Source: Azolla caroliniana (Eukaryota; Plantae; Polypodiophyta). From it: a DNA stretch of 64,000 bases. Each line of letters begins with the position of its first letter. Positions within the stretch are counted from its first letter, which is position 1. The position numbers and the translations under genes were made by a program. The stretch spans positions 3,844,001-3,908,000 of the forward strand of contig JBHGNT010000022.1 of assembly GCA_043228905.1 (NCBI GenBank), in the 5' to 3' direction. The notes beneath the pieces were generated by a model. The model did not search any database. It was not told where the DNA came from and saw only the letters and a list, made by a program, of their open reading frames with translations. Shown piece by piece: positions 12,065 through 23,700 of this stretch.

Positions 12065-14287
12065 CTCCGCTTTTTACAAGTACCTAACGGTACTATTCCC
12101 ACCCCGAGGCTTGCCGGCACCGCAGCCCAGTAGGCCCACGCCGCCGCCTCGATCCGCGAAGCGCAAGTTAGCGGAGTTAGCCACCACAGAGTGGGAGGAT
12201 GAACCCCAACCCGCCCAGCCGGACACATGGACAACGCTGGAAGAGCAGGCGGCGCGCTCCGAGGAAGCGGCACCAGAGCCAGACGCCGAACCATGGTAGG
12301 AAAGCCCCAGGCCGAAACGGCGGAGGTTGGACAGGAAAGATGGGCGCAGATTAGTTAAAGACGTACCCGCGGCGGCAGACTACGACCGTAGGTGACGGCT
12401 CCGCAGCTATGGAGCCCAACACCACTTTCGAAATAATCTGGGAGCCACGACCGATAATTACGGCCCAGTCACAATGAGGGAAAGCCGTTTTGACGGCGGA
12501 AAGCGAGGTTTTGGCATATCTAGATATCCTGGACACGGCCCATGAGTTCAACGCACTCTTGCAGTTCGGAACCTCTTTTGAACTCATGGAATTCTTGGCA
12601 ACGCAACAGATAAAGGTATCACAACGAATGGTCGAGGAGCACGCGGAGCGCTAGATGATCGAGCACGCCTTAACACAAACGACAGAGAGCGACAATGAAG
12701 ACCAATTAGCCACAGTCGGCAGACGGAGGAACGCCGATATACGCCGAATGGGGATGGAACTAACCCCATTAAACGCAGCCCTAGTCGAAGTTCATAGGGA
12801 ACTGGCAAAGGTCAGCACGGGCGCCAAGGAGATGGCCATTAAAAATAAGAATGTCTGGAAGAAGGTTAAGTTGACCCAAGCCGAGCTGCAAAAAGCCAAC
12901 GAACGCATCGCGGAGTTGGAAAATAACGCGACTACGGCGCAACAGGAAGCTCCACCACGAAACCACGACATGGAAGCCTTGAAGGAAGAGATTGAGGCTC
13001 AGACCGCCATTGCCTCAAAAGCGAAAAGGGTTGTACAACTAGCGGAATCAGAAATTGACCGCCTCTGTGCAAGCAAAAGGACATCCGGGCCAATGGCTGA
13101 AAGGCAGTAAAAACCCTTGAAGAGAAACTCGTTGCAGAGACAACACAACACACCCGGACAAAAGAAGAAAACGCCCAATTACGGGAGGAAGTGAAAAAAT
13201 CGAAGGCGGCAATTGTGGGACTCCAGCCCTTATTGGAGAAAAAGAAAGCATGGTTCGATGAGCAGCTGGTGGGTGAACAGGAAAGAAGGCATCAGCTCGA
13301 AATCCGCCTAAACAATGGAATGGGGAAATTAGATGCCAGCTGTGGGCGGGTATGAAGAGCACGTATGAAGAAGCGACGACAGTTAGTCAGCAAGAAATTG
13401 CAAACCTCAAGAAGGTTGTGGAAGAAGCACACAACCGTTGCCAGGCCATCACAGACAACGTGCGTATCCTTCTACACACGAATCGGGAGAGGTTTACTGC
13501 GCAATTGAAAACGGCGCTAGACAAAGGATGGATGGCGTGGGCGGCCCAAGCGGCAGAATTGCATGCGTATCGAGCGGACTGGGAGAACCGGAGAAAAGAC
13601 AGTCGAGGCTTCTATAAACTCAATAAGGAAAGCATTGTGGCAGTACGCGAGGACCTAGTGCAGGACTACCGCACGCTAGCGGACCAACATTCCGAAGAAC
13701 TCGCACAGCTATTAGATGATTTTGGTGAAAGTCAAGATGATTTGTTTCACCAGATCACGCAAGCCGGCAACACGCGAACAAACGAGGAATCCATCGCGAC
13801 ACCAATTCCGAATACTGCCGAAGAAGAGGAACCTTAGGCTAGGTCACCAAATATTACAACTACGGTGAACAGCGCAGAACGACGAGCGGGGTCCCCCACA
13901 TTACCAGACAACGATACCACTGCCCAAGAGGAAACCCATCTACCTGAGCATACGCTATCGGCCGACCACACGGAGAACGTTGCGGACCAAGAGGAACCAC
14001 AACCCCACTCCCCATAGCATACAACGACGACCGACATCACGGAGGAAGTGACAAACGAAATGGAGCTGCGACCGACCGCAAGCCCACCGACGGCTGAGCC
14101 CAACCCCCTAGCCCAAGAAGAGCCCATAGAACCCAGACCACCCACACATGACGATCACGACACCATGAGAAGCCCTCCCGACCAAGCAGGGGAACCACAC
14201 CACGATGCACCTACGGGCTCTACGGCATCCCCGGACACGGACACCGTAGCAGAGCCAAACATCAGGGCCATTCTGGAAGAAGATTAA
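12065..14287 (+). pseudogene. Long degenerate coiled-coil ORF in the 3' region of LTR element D
   Basis: ORF pieces 12111-12299, 12655-13110, 13352-13837 and 14048-14287 are linked through TAG/TGA stops and frameshifts. Heptad-rich E/K/A/Q core, P/T/E-rich tail, stop directly before a purine tract. Confidence 0.6.
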
Positions 14288-14295
14288 AGGGATAG

Positions 14296-15122
14296 GTCCG
14301 ACGTGCCTTGGCACTGTTCCACAGGCGTGCCAGGTGTTGTCCGCCGGAATAGTAACCGATAGACAAGAGCGCAGGAATACGGAATAGTATAATATTGTAA
14401 CTCATGTAACGGTTCACGTGGGAAGCGTGAACGGCTAAAAGACCCTACGTATATAAAGGGCAAAAAACCTCTGATAGAGGTAGCGTGTAATTTTGAATGT
14501 AAGAGGTGTATTGTAATAGAGTTCTATCTTCTCTGATATCTATGTGTAGCTACGGCTAATCTACTGTGTGTCTGTAACACCTGAGAGCGTAGGAGTAAGT
14601 AACGGTGTGTGCGCTAGCCCACTCACTGTCAAAGGAGCTCGGTTGTAGCCGTCTCCCTTATACGCTGCTAGGTTACGAGGAATATCCCACTAAGTATTAC
14701 GCGTGCTTCGCTACCATTCATTGTCACACAGTCACTTGGAAGTCTAGGTTGAAGGACTGACCGTAGACCGTGTTCCTAGTCGGTAACATTACACTCTTCC
14801 TCAGAGTGGCCGAATTTACCACAATACCTGCACTAAGCAAGATTGTTTTGTCGGTTGGGTCTGGACTGATTGCCCCCCGTTCTTCCGGAAGCTCCGCCTC
14901 ATGTGTTTGAGATGTCTTGTTGGTAATAGAAGTTGTGTTCTCAGGGTTGCTCTTGGTTGTGTCAGCATTGGCCAAATCGGCCTCTTCTTCCCTGACCTTG
15001 TTCTCTTCCTCCATCAAAGTTCGAATAGAGCATCTGTCCTCTCACTCACTCTCTCTCTCTCTCTCATACACACACAATTCACACCTATTCTGCTACACAA
15101 GAATCATACCCGATTCTTTACA
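14296..15122 (+). mobile_element. LTR-like sequence of element D (possibly composite, with an internal LTR end near 14728) interrupting Copia B
   Basis: Follows the purine tract aaagggatag; TATA-like tatataaa at ~14450; CT/CA-rich 3' end finishing ...ttaca at 15122, exactly where B integrase (PRSRKCI) breaks. Confidence 0.6.
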
Positions 15123-15423
15123 ATACATTTCCTGGACCGTGGTGCAAGTTTGCAGCGATCATCTTTCGGGATGAGGGCATATGCCTCACATCTTATCGTA
15201 ATTCGGTTTCCTACCGGTCCATAATTCCTGAGGTATCCGAAGTCCTAAAGGCCTACTCGGCGACATATTGATTATGTGTACTGCGGTAAGTAGGGCCTCT
15301 GCCCAAAAGCCATCCGACAGTCCGGAGTGTTGGAGCATGGAAACTATCCTTTCTTGAATTGTCCGATTCATTTGTTCGGCAATTCCATTTTGCTCCGGAC
15401 TATGTGGTGTTGTAAATTCACGT

Positions 15424-16171
15424 TGTCACGTTGTTACGCGCGTGCGTGGAGAAAGGCGGGACCACGGGGGTCTTGGACTAGGGAGTGATGGAGCGTAGGA
15501 GGTCGTGCTTCACCGTTTTTGGGGCATCCCAGAAACACACCGGAAGCAACCGAAGGGAGAGAGAGAGAGAGAGAGAGCGTGCTTAACACCGACTCATGCA
15601 CACACACGCACACACAGCCCAACCCGGCTCACGCTTTATGTACAGAAAACGCAGGAAAAGGGGAAGCACCCGACACCAACAGAGACGCGAATATACACAG
15701 ACAGACGCAAATGTATATATATATAAAGAAGAATACATTCCCGGCTTCGAACCGGACTGAGGTAGGTTACAGTAGTCGCCTGCTGCCAAGCCGCCGTCGG
15801 GGAGCTCTCAGCTCGTCGCGCCGAGCGGGGTCTTGCACAGGAGGCCGAACCAAAGCAAACCCTAAGCAAACACGAAGGGGGGAGAAGAAGGAGAAGAAGA
15901 AAACCTAACGGTATACCCTCTAATGCAAAATGGGCAACCCTTTCACAAAGGGCGTTCCCTTCGTTTTATAGAACAAGGAGAGGGATGCGTTACAATGTGG
16001 GATAAATCCCGACTTACATGGGATCGTCTATCCCGACTTGACTACTCTTCGGCGCCATAAAGGCGCCCTCGATATTCACACTAAATATACATGGGTGCAT
16101 ACACACGCTGCACCCCGCCGACGTAGCCAATGTTTCCCGGTTTCCGCCTCTGGCCGAAATTCTTCACGACA
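15424..16171 (-). repeat. 3' LTR of element E
   Basis: Near-identical to 31469-32209; tgtc...gaca termini. Confidence 0.95.
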
Positions 16172-17267
16172 TCCGTCCCCACCTAACTGCACGTCCACCG
16201 GCACGTACCAAATCTGGTTGAAGGGTGAGAGATTTCGGCCGGCGAGAAACCGGTCTTCCGTGATCCGTATCCTGGCTCGCTGCCGATTTGATCCGTCGGC
16301 TTCGATTCTTCCTTCGCACTTACCTCCCCGTAGGCTCGTTCGACCCGTCGATGGGTCCTCTGCCGCGATCTCCGTAGTACGCGTACTTCCGTTGGCCCTT
16401 GTTCGGCCGTATGAACACCCCGCTTCCCGCCGTATGTCCGATGTCCTCCGCTTGAGGCATGCCCGTAGTGGCCCGCTTGGCATCCGTTGTCCAATCATGA
16501 TGTCCCGATGGTGTTTCACGTTGCCTTCGTCCTTCCGCCGCCACCTTCCTTCTCCATGGTCTTACATCGTCGTGTCAGCTCGAACCGCCATGGTCTCCGG
16601 AACGGTGTGGGGATCCCTTTCCGGTCTTCTCCGCGATACCTCCGAACCACGCAACCTATCTCCGCGCTCGCCTTTCCGCTCCGGCACCTCCGTGTGCCAT
16701 GTACCCTCGCCCGTTGTTTGGCACCACCTGTGTCGCACTCCGGTTTATTGCACGCCTTGTCGGTCCCCTTTTTGGCCAGGTCGTGCATCGTCGTTCACCC
16801 GCATACCGGCGTCCTTTGCATCCAAGGAACACCCCATAATAGCCTGCTTGGCCCTTCCCGTCTTCGTGCTGCCGCGATAGGTCCTGAGTTTTCTGCTTGC
16901 CGTCGTCCCCTCGCCCCCACCAGCTTGTCACCCCGGGCTTGCCGTGTCAATCTTCGCTACTTCAACGGAGCTACCGAGATCTACGAAGCGAGTGTGGAGG
17001 ATCCTCCTCCGGCCTCTCTTGCCATTTCCTGACTCCGACCCTGTGCAGTCCACTAGGCACTTGTCACCTCGTTCCCGACACCTCTCTTGTGCCGTCTTTC
17101 GCTTCCTTCGCTCGGCACCGCCCGTGCCGAACACTGTCCCGTAGTCACGCTTTGATCCGGCCCGCGATGGCCACTTGCGAGACTCTTATTCCGTCCCAGG
17201 TGTGCCTTTCCGGCCCAACACACCTCCCCGTGTTGGCCCCTACCGGCTCCTTTCGAAACCTCGTGTC

Positions 17268-17810
17268 GTCGGGTCCCGTTCCCTGCCGCCACCGTCCTTC
17301 TCCCTAGGTCTCACATTGCCACGTTGGCCGAACTGCCGGAGTCTCCGGATCGGTGTGAGGGTCCCATAGGACCGGACTCCATTTCTATGCTTGCCGAAAT
17401 TCGGGTGCTTCTTGTTTGAGTCCCTCCCGGACTCTCCTCGTGTCTTCCGCGTAGTCGGGTCCCGTTTCCCGCCGCCACCAACCTTCTCCCTCGGTCTCAT
17501 GTTTCCACGTTGGCCGAACCGCCGGAGTCTCTGGTTAAGTGTGGGGATCCCGTAGGACCGGACTTCCTTACGCCCATAGCCTTCGTCACCTCGCCGCCAC
17601 CGTCAGTATCTTGGTCTTATGTCGACTGCGTTGCTGACTACCGAAGTCTCTAGAACCGGTGTGAAGGATCCTCCGTAGACCGCCGATCCGTAGCCCTTGC
17701 CTTCGTCACCTCGCCGCCACCGTCAGTATCTTGGTCTCACGTCGACCGCGTTGCCGACTGCCGAAGTCTCTAGAACCGGTGTGAAGGATCCTCCGTAGGA
17801 TTCCGATCCG
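17268..17810. repeat. Internal repeats of E (two copies spaced ~186 bp, two 120-bp copies)
   Basis: 17581-17700 vs 17701-17810; 17268-17377 vs 17454-17565; a related motif at ~29870-29903. Confidence 0.85.
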
Positions 17811-17898
17811 TCTTCCCGACCCTGTCTTGGGTCGTCCTTTTCCGCATGCCAAGAGGGCGGTTTACTCCGCACCCTCTCCCGCGGTACCGACGTACCGT

Positions 17899-18604
17899 TG
17901 TCGTAGTGTATTCCACACACTACGTGAAAACCATAAAATAATATATCCGATTTTAGATACATATAAATAAATAAATAATATATCAAAAGAATTTATCACG
18001 TGCATAGGGCAAGATTCGAACCATGCACCTCCACGTAGATAAACCACAACTTTACCATTGTAATAATTTATCTTTAGTGTTATAAATATAGATTTAATAC
18101 GTATAAGACCTTTATTTACACATACCTTTATTAAAAGGTAAAAATCATGTATTCTTTAGAGTGTGAATATTTTATTTACACGTGACATTAAAAGTGACTC
18201 ATGCACATCTAGCGTGCATGAGCCCTATATTTAGGAAATGACAAAGCATCACATGCACATTTAGTGTGCATGGGCACTTTAGGTGAAAAAGCATGAAGCC
18301 ATGCTTAACCTCTTCCATCTTTATATAAGGAGGAGAAAAATATGTATATGGTTGTTGATTAATATACAAGTTTTTGATCAATCTAATATATTCGTGGGAT
18401 TCACGAATTTTTGCCATCTAATTGCTCTTATAATCTAAATATTGTTTTAATTACACTAAACTCGTGAGATTCACGAGATTGCTATCTTACTTCTCTTTCC
18501 ACTATTCATAACTAGCCTTAAGTTGTATTCCTCTTCCTCCTAGTCAAAAACCTTGGCGGTTCCCACCCGACTCACGCAACGATCCAGAGCCCAAGGGCAC
18601 GACA
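17899..18604 (+). repeat. 5' LTR of F
   Basis: tgtcgt...acgaca; duplicate at 28987. Confidence 0.96.
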
Positions 18605-18644
18605 CAGTTGGTGAACCCGACGTGAAAGCCCGGGTGGCAAGGAG

Positions 18645-20043
18645 ATGGAAAATCAACCGGAGGCTAGCAACATGATGATGACGTTCGAGCGCATGCTACA
18701 AGAACAACGCGCGATGTCGGAGATAGCGGCATCAGTGGAGCGGCTCGTGCAACGAAACGGGCAATTCAACGGGAAAGACGTGTTGCGGTATCTTCGGGAT
18801 TACAAGGCGGAGATGCTACGGTGCGGAATATCGGAAGAACTGCAAGTGACGACCTTCAACCGGGTGGCGACCGACGGGCTTCAAGCAAGCATCCATGGGC
18901 TACGACAGCAAAATCCGACATGGGAGGCGTTTGAAGTAGAGCTAAAGAGGGCGTTCGCCATCGAGGATTCCTCCAAGGCGACGCGAAGGGGATTCGAAGA
19001 CTAGGTGGAGACGCCGGACAAGGGATTGAAGGTCGTTGATGTGTTTTCGGCATTCGAAAGCCGGTTCGGGAGGTTGTCCGCGAGAGATCAAGCTATCCTC
19101 GTACCGGACAAGGTGATCATGTTCTTGCGAGCCGTGGACGTCCGGGACCGGAAAGATCTCGGAGTGCTCTTGGAGGACACGACGACGGAGAGCGGCCTCA
19201 CCGAAACATGGGAAAGCGTGCGGGATATCGTCGCGCGATACACGAAGAGGGGGCAATGGCTTGCCGACGAGGAAAAGAGGGTTTCGGAACCGATTCCGAA
19301 ACCGAGAACCGGATTGGAAGACCATCAACTGAGGGCTCGAGAGACTACAACCGAGAAGGCGATTGATGCATCTACGGTGGAGCAACTATTGAAGGAGATG
19401 GAGAATCTGAAGATCGCGATGGTGAAGAAGTCGGATGACCGCCCCACAAGCTCCAAGTATACGGACCGACGGTGCATATGGTGCGATAGCGCCGAACACA
19501 ATCGGAGGGATTGCGACGAGCATAAGGAGGCGCTACGGCGGGATCTCATCTACTACGAGGGAAACCGGATTCATTCGATGGACTCTCGGAAGCCACTCCG
19601 ACCGAACTTCCGGAAAGGCGGCATGAAGAAGGTGCTCGAGGAGGAATTGGCGGCAAGAAGCAAGTATGCGACAACCACGGGAATATGTGTCGGGGAGTCA
19701 TCGAGAGCAAAGACGTCTTTTTGGCCGGAAGTTCTAGAAAACACCGAGAAAACCGACTCTAACGAGATCCGAAGCACCGCGGAAGGCGTCCGGGAAGCTA
19801 CGGGATGGGAGTGCCCTGTCGACAAGAATAGCGTATACGCCCTGTGTCAATTGCATAAGGTGTATGTGGACGAGAAACGACGACGCACGGAGGATGCGGC
19901 CGGGCCATCAAAGATACCGGAAAGCTGGAACTCCGGAGGTAAGGGAAAAGAAAAGGCGACTCCGGCATTCAAGCTCGCCTCGGACATAGAACAACAAACC
20001 GACTTGAAAAGAGTGTTCGAGGAAAGAATCTTGGATAGCCGGG
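18645..20043 (+). pseudogene. F gag (stop at 19002; interrupted by G)
   Basis: Zinc knuckle CIWCDSAEHNRRDC; an in-frame TAG joins ORFs 18645 and 19005. Confidence 0.85.
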
Positions 20044-20058
20044 TATTAATAACTTTAT

Positions 20059-20778
20059 AACTTTGAAGATTTTATTGGTGAGTTTAAAGCCTGCTTTGGA
20101 GACACCGACAGCATCAGGACGGCGATCAACAAGATCCGGCGATTGCGTCAAGGCGATCGTCCAGCCTCTGCCTACGCGGCGGATTTCCGCCTACTTGCTT
20201 CAGATATACCCTGGGATGATCAAGCACTAATGGAGCAGTTTCGCTATGGCTTGCGAAACGATGTCAAAGATCTACTTCTAACTTTCCCCGAAGAACCAAA
20301 GTCTCTTACGGAGGCAATCAGTCGAGCAGTTCGATGTGACAACCGCCTTTTTGAACGGCGTTCAGAACGTCAATTACAGATACCACGCTCTAGGCCAGAG
20401 CCCACTTACGCCGCAGTCGCGGCTAAACCGTTTGCACGAGACACACCTCAAGCAAATACTTCGACACCGATGGAGATCGATACCATGCGTCGACGCGGCC
20501 CGTTATCGGAAGAAGAAAAGCAACGACGACGTGCCAATCGATTATGTCTTTATTGCGGTGGACCAGGACATATCGCCATCAATTGTCCCCATAGGCCAAG
20601 AAGACAGGTAAATCAAATCGTCGCCTGTACTAAACCAGAGTCAATTCTTCCCTTTGGAGTGTCTGATAGTATTAATAGTACTAATAGAGTGTCAGATAGT
20701 ATTCATAGTACTAATAGCCCAAGTATCTCAAATAAATTTGAAATCCTTAGTCAATTAGATGAAGAGTTAAACGATTGA
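20059..20778 (+). CDS. G gag, 5'-partial
   Basis: LRQG...YAADFR, FRYGL, PMEID, zinc knuckle CLYCGGPGHIAINC. Confidence 0.8.
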   Translation, partial: NFEDFIGEFKACFGDTDSIRTAINKIRRLRQGDRPASAYAADFRLLASDIPWDDQALMEQFRYGLRNDVKDLLLTFPEEPKSLTEAISRAVRCDNRLFERRSERQLQIPRSRPEPTYAAVAAKPFARDTPQANTSTPMEIDTMRRRGPLSEEEKQRRRANRLCLYCGGPGHIAINCPHRPRRQVNQIVACTKPESILPFGVSDSINSTNRVSDSIHSTNSPSISNKFEILSQLDEELND

Positions 20779-23700
20779 GTCCAGCCAAAATAGGAGCCAT
20801 TTGGTTGGACAGCAGCCCTAGATCTGTACAGCCCATTAGTGGTTCCATTCCTTCCAAGCAAGTTAGCAATGTGTTCCTAGCCCAAGTCATTGTTAGTACT
20901 AAAAGTACTCCCCCAGTACCCATCCTAGCACTTTTAGATTCCGGAGCTAATTCCTGTTTCATGGATCGAAATTTTGCCCAAGCTTCTCAGATATCCTTAA
21001 GAAAACTTCCTTGTCCCGCATCTGTAGTGGTCATTGATGGTCGTCCCATTGCTTCCGGGAATATTGTAGAAGAATCAGAACCCATTCAAGTTGTCCTAGG
21101 TAGTTTTGTGTGTATAATATCATTTAATATAATTAGTAGTCCAGAGCATCCCATTGTCCTAGGATTACCTTGGCTTGAATTACATAATCCAGCCATAGAT
21201 TGGAGAACAAGAGAAGTTCGGTATCGACCACCCCAAGAATCAACTCACCGAGTTTCGACCATTTCACTCCATCAACTACGCGAAGAAGGACCCAAGGAGG
21301 CAATGTTCCTATTTGCCATATCAGTACATCCTTCTAGCACTATTAAGAAGGACTCCTCAATACAACTTCCGGCAAAATATCATCCTTATGCCGATGTATT
21401 TGACAAGGTAAAAGCCGGTACCCTTCCTCATCACCGTCCCTATGACTGTCCCATCGATTTACAACCAGGAACCGAGCCACCATGGGGACCAATTTACAAC
21501 TTGTCACCCACCGAGTTAGAAGTCCTTCGAGCCTACATAGAGGAGAACTTGGCAAGCGGGTTCATCCGTCATTCAAAATCTCCGGCCGGTGCACCCATCT
21601 TCTTTGTCAAGAAGAAAGATGGCTCACTTCGTCTTGTCGTTGATTACCGCGGATTGAATAAAGTCACCATCCGGAATAGGTATGCACTTCCTCTTATATC
21701 AAGTCTTTTAGAGCGAGTTAATGGTGCCAAGTTTTTTACTAAAATCGATCTACGAGGAGCGTATAATCTCGTGCGGATCCGACCGGGAGATGAGTGGAAG
21801 ACCGCTTTTCGCACGCGGTATGGGCATTTCGAGTATACTGTTATGCCGTTTGGCCTAACCAATGCACCCGCAGTCTTCCAACACATGGCAAATGATATAT
21901 TCAGAGACCTCTTGGATATCTGTTTGATCATTTATCTGGATGATCTCTTGATTTATTCGAAGACCCAGGAAGAGCACGATTCTCATGTACTATTAGTACT
22001 AAAGCGACTCCGCGAGAATGGTCTTTATGCCAAGCTAGAGAAATGTAGCTTTGACTGCAAGCAAGTGGAATTTCTAGGCTACGTCATCTCCTCAAAGGGC
22101 ATCGCCATGGATCCAGCTAAAATCCAAACTGTACTAGAGTGGCAAATTCCACGGTCGGTACGAGATGTACAATGTTTTCTAGGCTTTGCTAACTTCTACC
22201 GTAAGTTTATACAGGATTACTCGAAGATTATTTTACCTCTCACACAACTTACGAAGAAGGGCCAAGCATTTCTTTGGTCCATCGAAGCAGATATGGCTTT
22301 TCGGCATCTTAAGAAAGCCTTTACATCAACACCGATTCTAGCTCATGTGGATACAAGCAAACCATTCATCATGGAGGCCGACGCATCAGATTTCGCCCTC
22401 GGTAGCATCCTTTCTCAACAAGGCGATAAAGAAGAGTTGCATCCGGTGGCTTTCCATTCGCGCAAATTCAATGTCGCAGAAATCAACTACGAAATACATG
22501 ACAAGGAGTTATTAGCCATCGTGGATTCATTTGTACAATGGCGGCATTTCTTAGAGGGCTCTCCACATCAGGTCATTGTCTTTAGCGATCATAAAAATCT
22601 TGCTTATTTTCAGAACGCTCGCGTACTAAATCGACGGCAAGCTCGGTGGGCGCAATTCCTCACGCGTTTCAACTTCGAAATCACATATCGACCGGGGAAG
22701 CAGCAAGGAAAAGCAGATGCACTATCACGGCGTTCATATCTTGCACCTCGTCCTGGTGACGCAACATTTGATAATCAAAAGCAAGTAATCTTGGGACCAA
22801 CACGATTGCACACGACGCGGATTTTTCACACCCCGATGGATTCACAGATTACCGATGACATACGTGCAACCTTGAAGACGGATAGTTTTGCTCAAGACAT
22901 CCTGGCGCACATTGATACTTCTCGGGCATCTTGTTCTCAGTCTCAACAACCAGGTATTGACTACCGACAATTCGAATATCATGATGGTTTGTTATTCTTT
23001 AAAAAGCGCGTATATGTCCCCGATTGCTCCTGTCGTCTTCAAATCGTCCAACATTGTCACGACACCCATACGGCGGGACATTTCGGTAGTACCAAGACGT
23101 TGGAGTTAGTGCAGCGATCTTTTTGGTGGCCCCACATGCGCCGTTTTGTCGACGACTACGTTCGGACCTGTGATGCTTGCTGCCGAGCAAAGATGCCACG
23201 ACACCATCCATATGGCTTGTTGGAACCTTTACCAATTCCAAGTAAGCCATGGCAGTCTATTTGTCTTGATTTTATTACAGATCTGCCGGTCTCGAAGGGG
23301 TTCGATGCTATCCTAACCGTCGTCGATCGATATACGAAGATGGCACATTTTGTGCCATGTACTAAAGCCATCACTAGCGAGGAAACCGCCGCTCTTGTTA
23401 TGCGTGAGGTATTTCGGCATCATGGCCTACCAGACAGTATTGTCAGTGACCGAGGCCCGCAATTTGTCTCCAAATTTTGGCAGCATCTCTTCAGGATGCT
23501 CAAGGTCTCCTGCAACCTCTCCTCCGGCTACCATCCTCAAACTGACGGACAGGCGGAACGAACAAACCAAACGTTGGAGCAATATCTCCGGTGTTTCCTG
23601 AGTTATCAACAGGACGATTGGGCCGAGATTCTCCACTTTGCGGAGTTTGCGTATAATAATGCTATTCACTCCTCGACTCGGGTCTCCCCATTTCTCGCTT

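Noticed and set aside
14724-15017. 97-aa minus ORF first taken as Copia B's post-integrase spacer
   Set aside because: B breaks at 15123 mid-integrase; this ORF lies antisense within LTR-like sequence.
16038-17307. Overlapping plus-strand ORFs up to 280 aa
   Set aside because: GC-rich antisense shadows inside E with no domain motifs.
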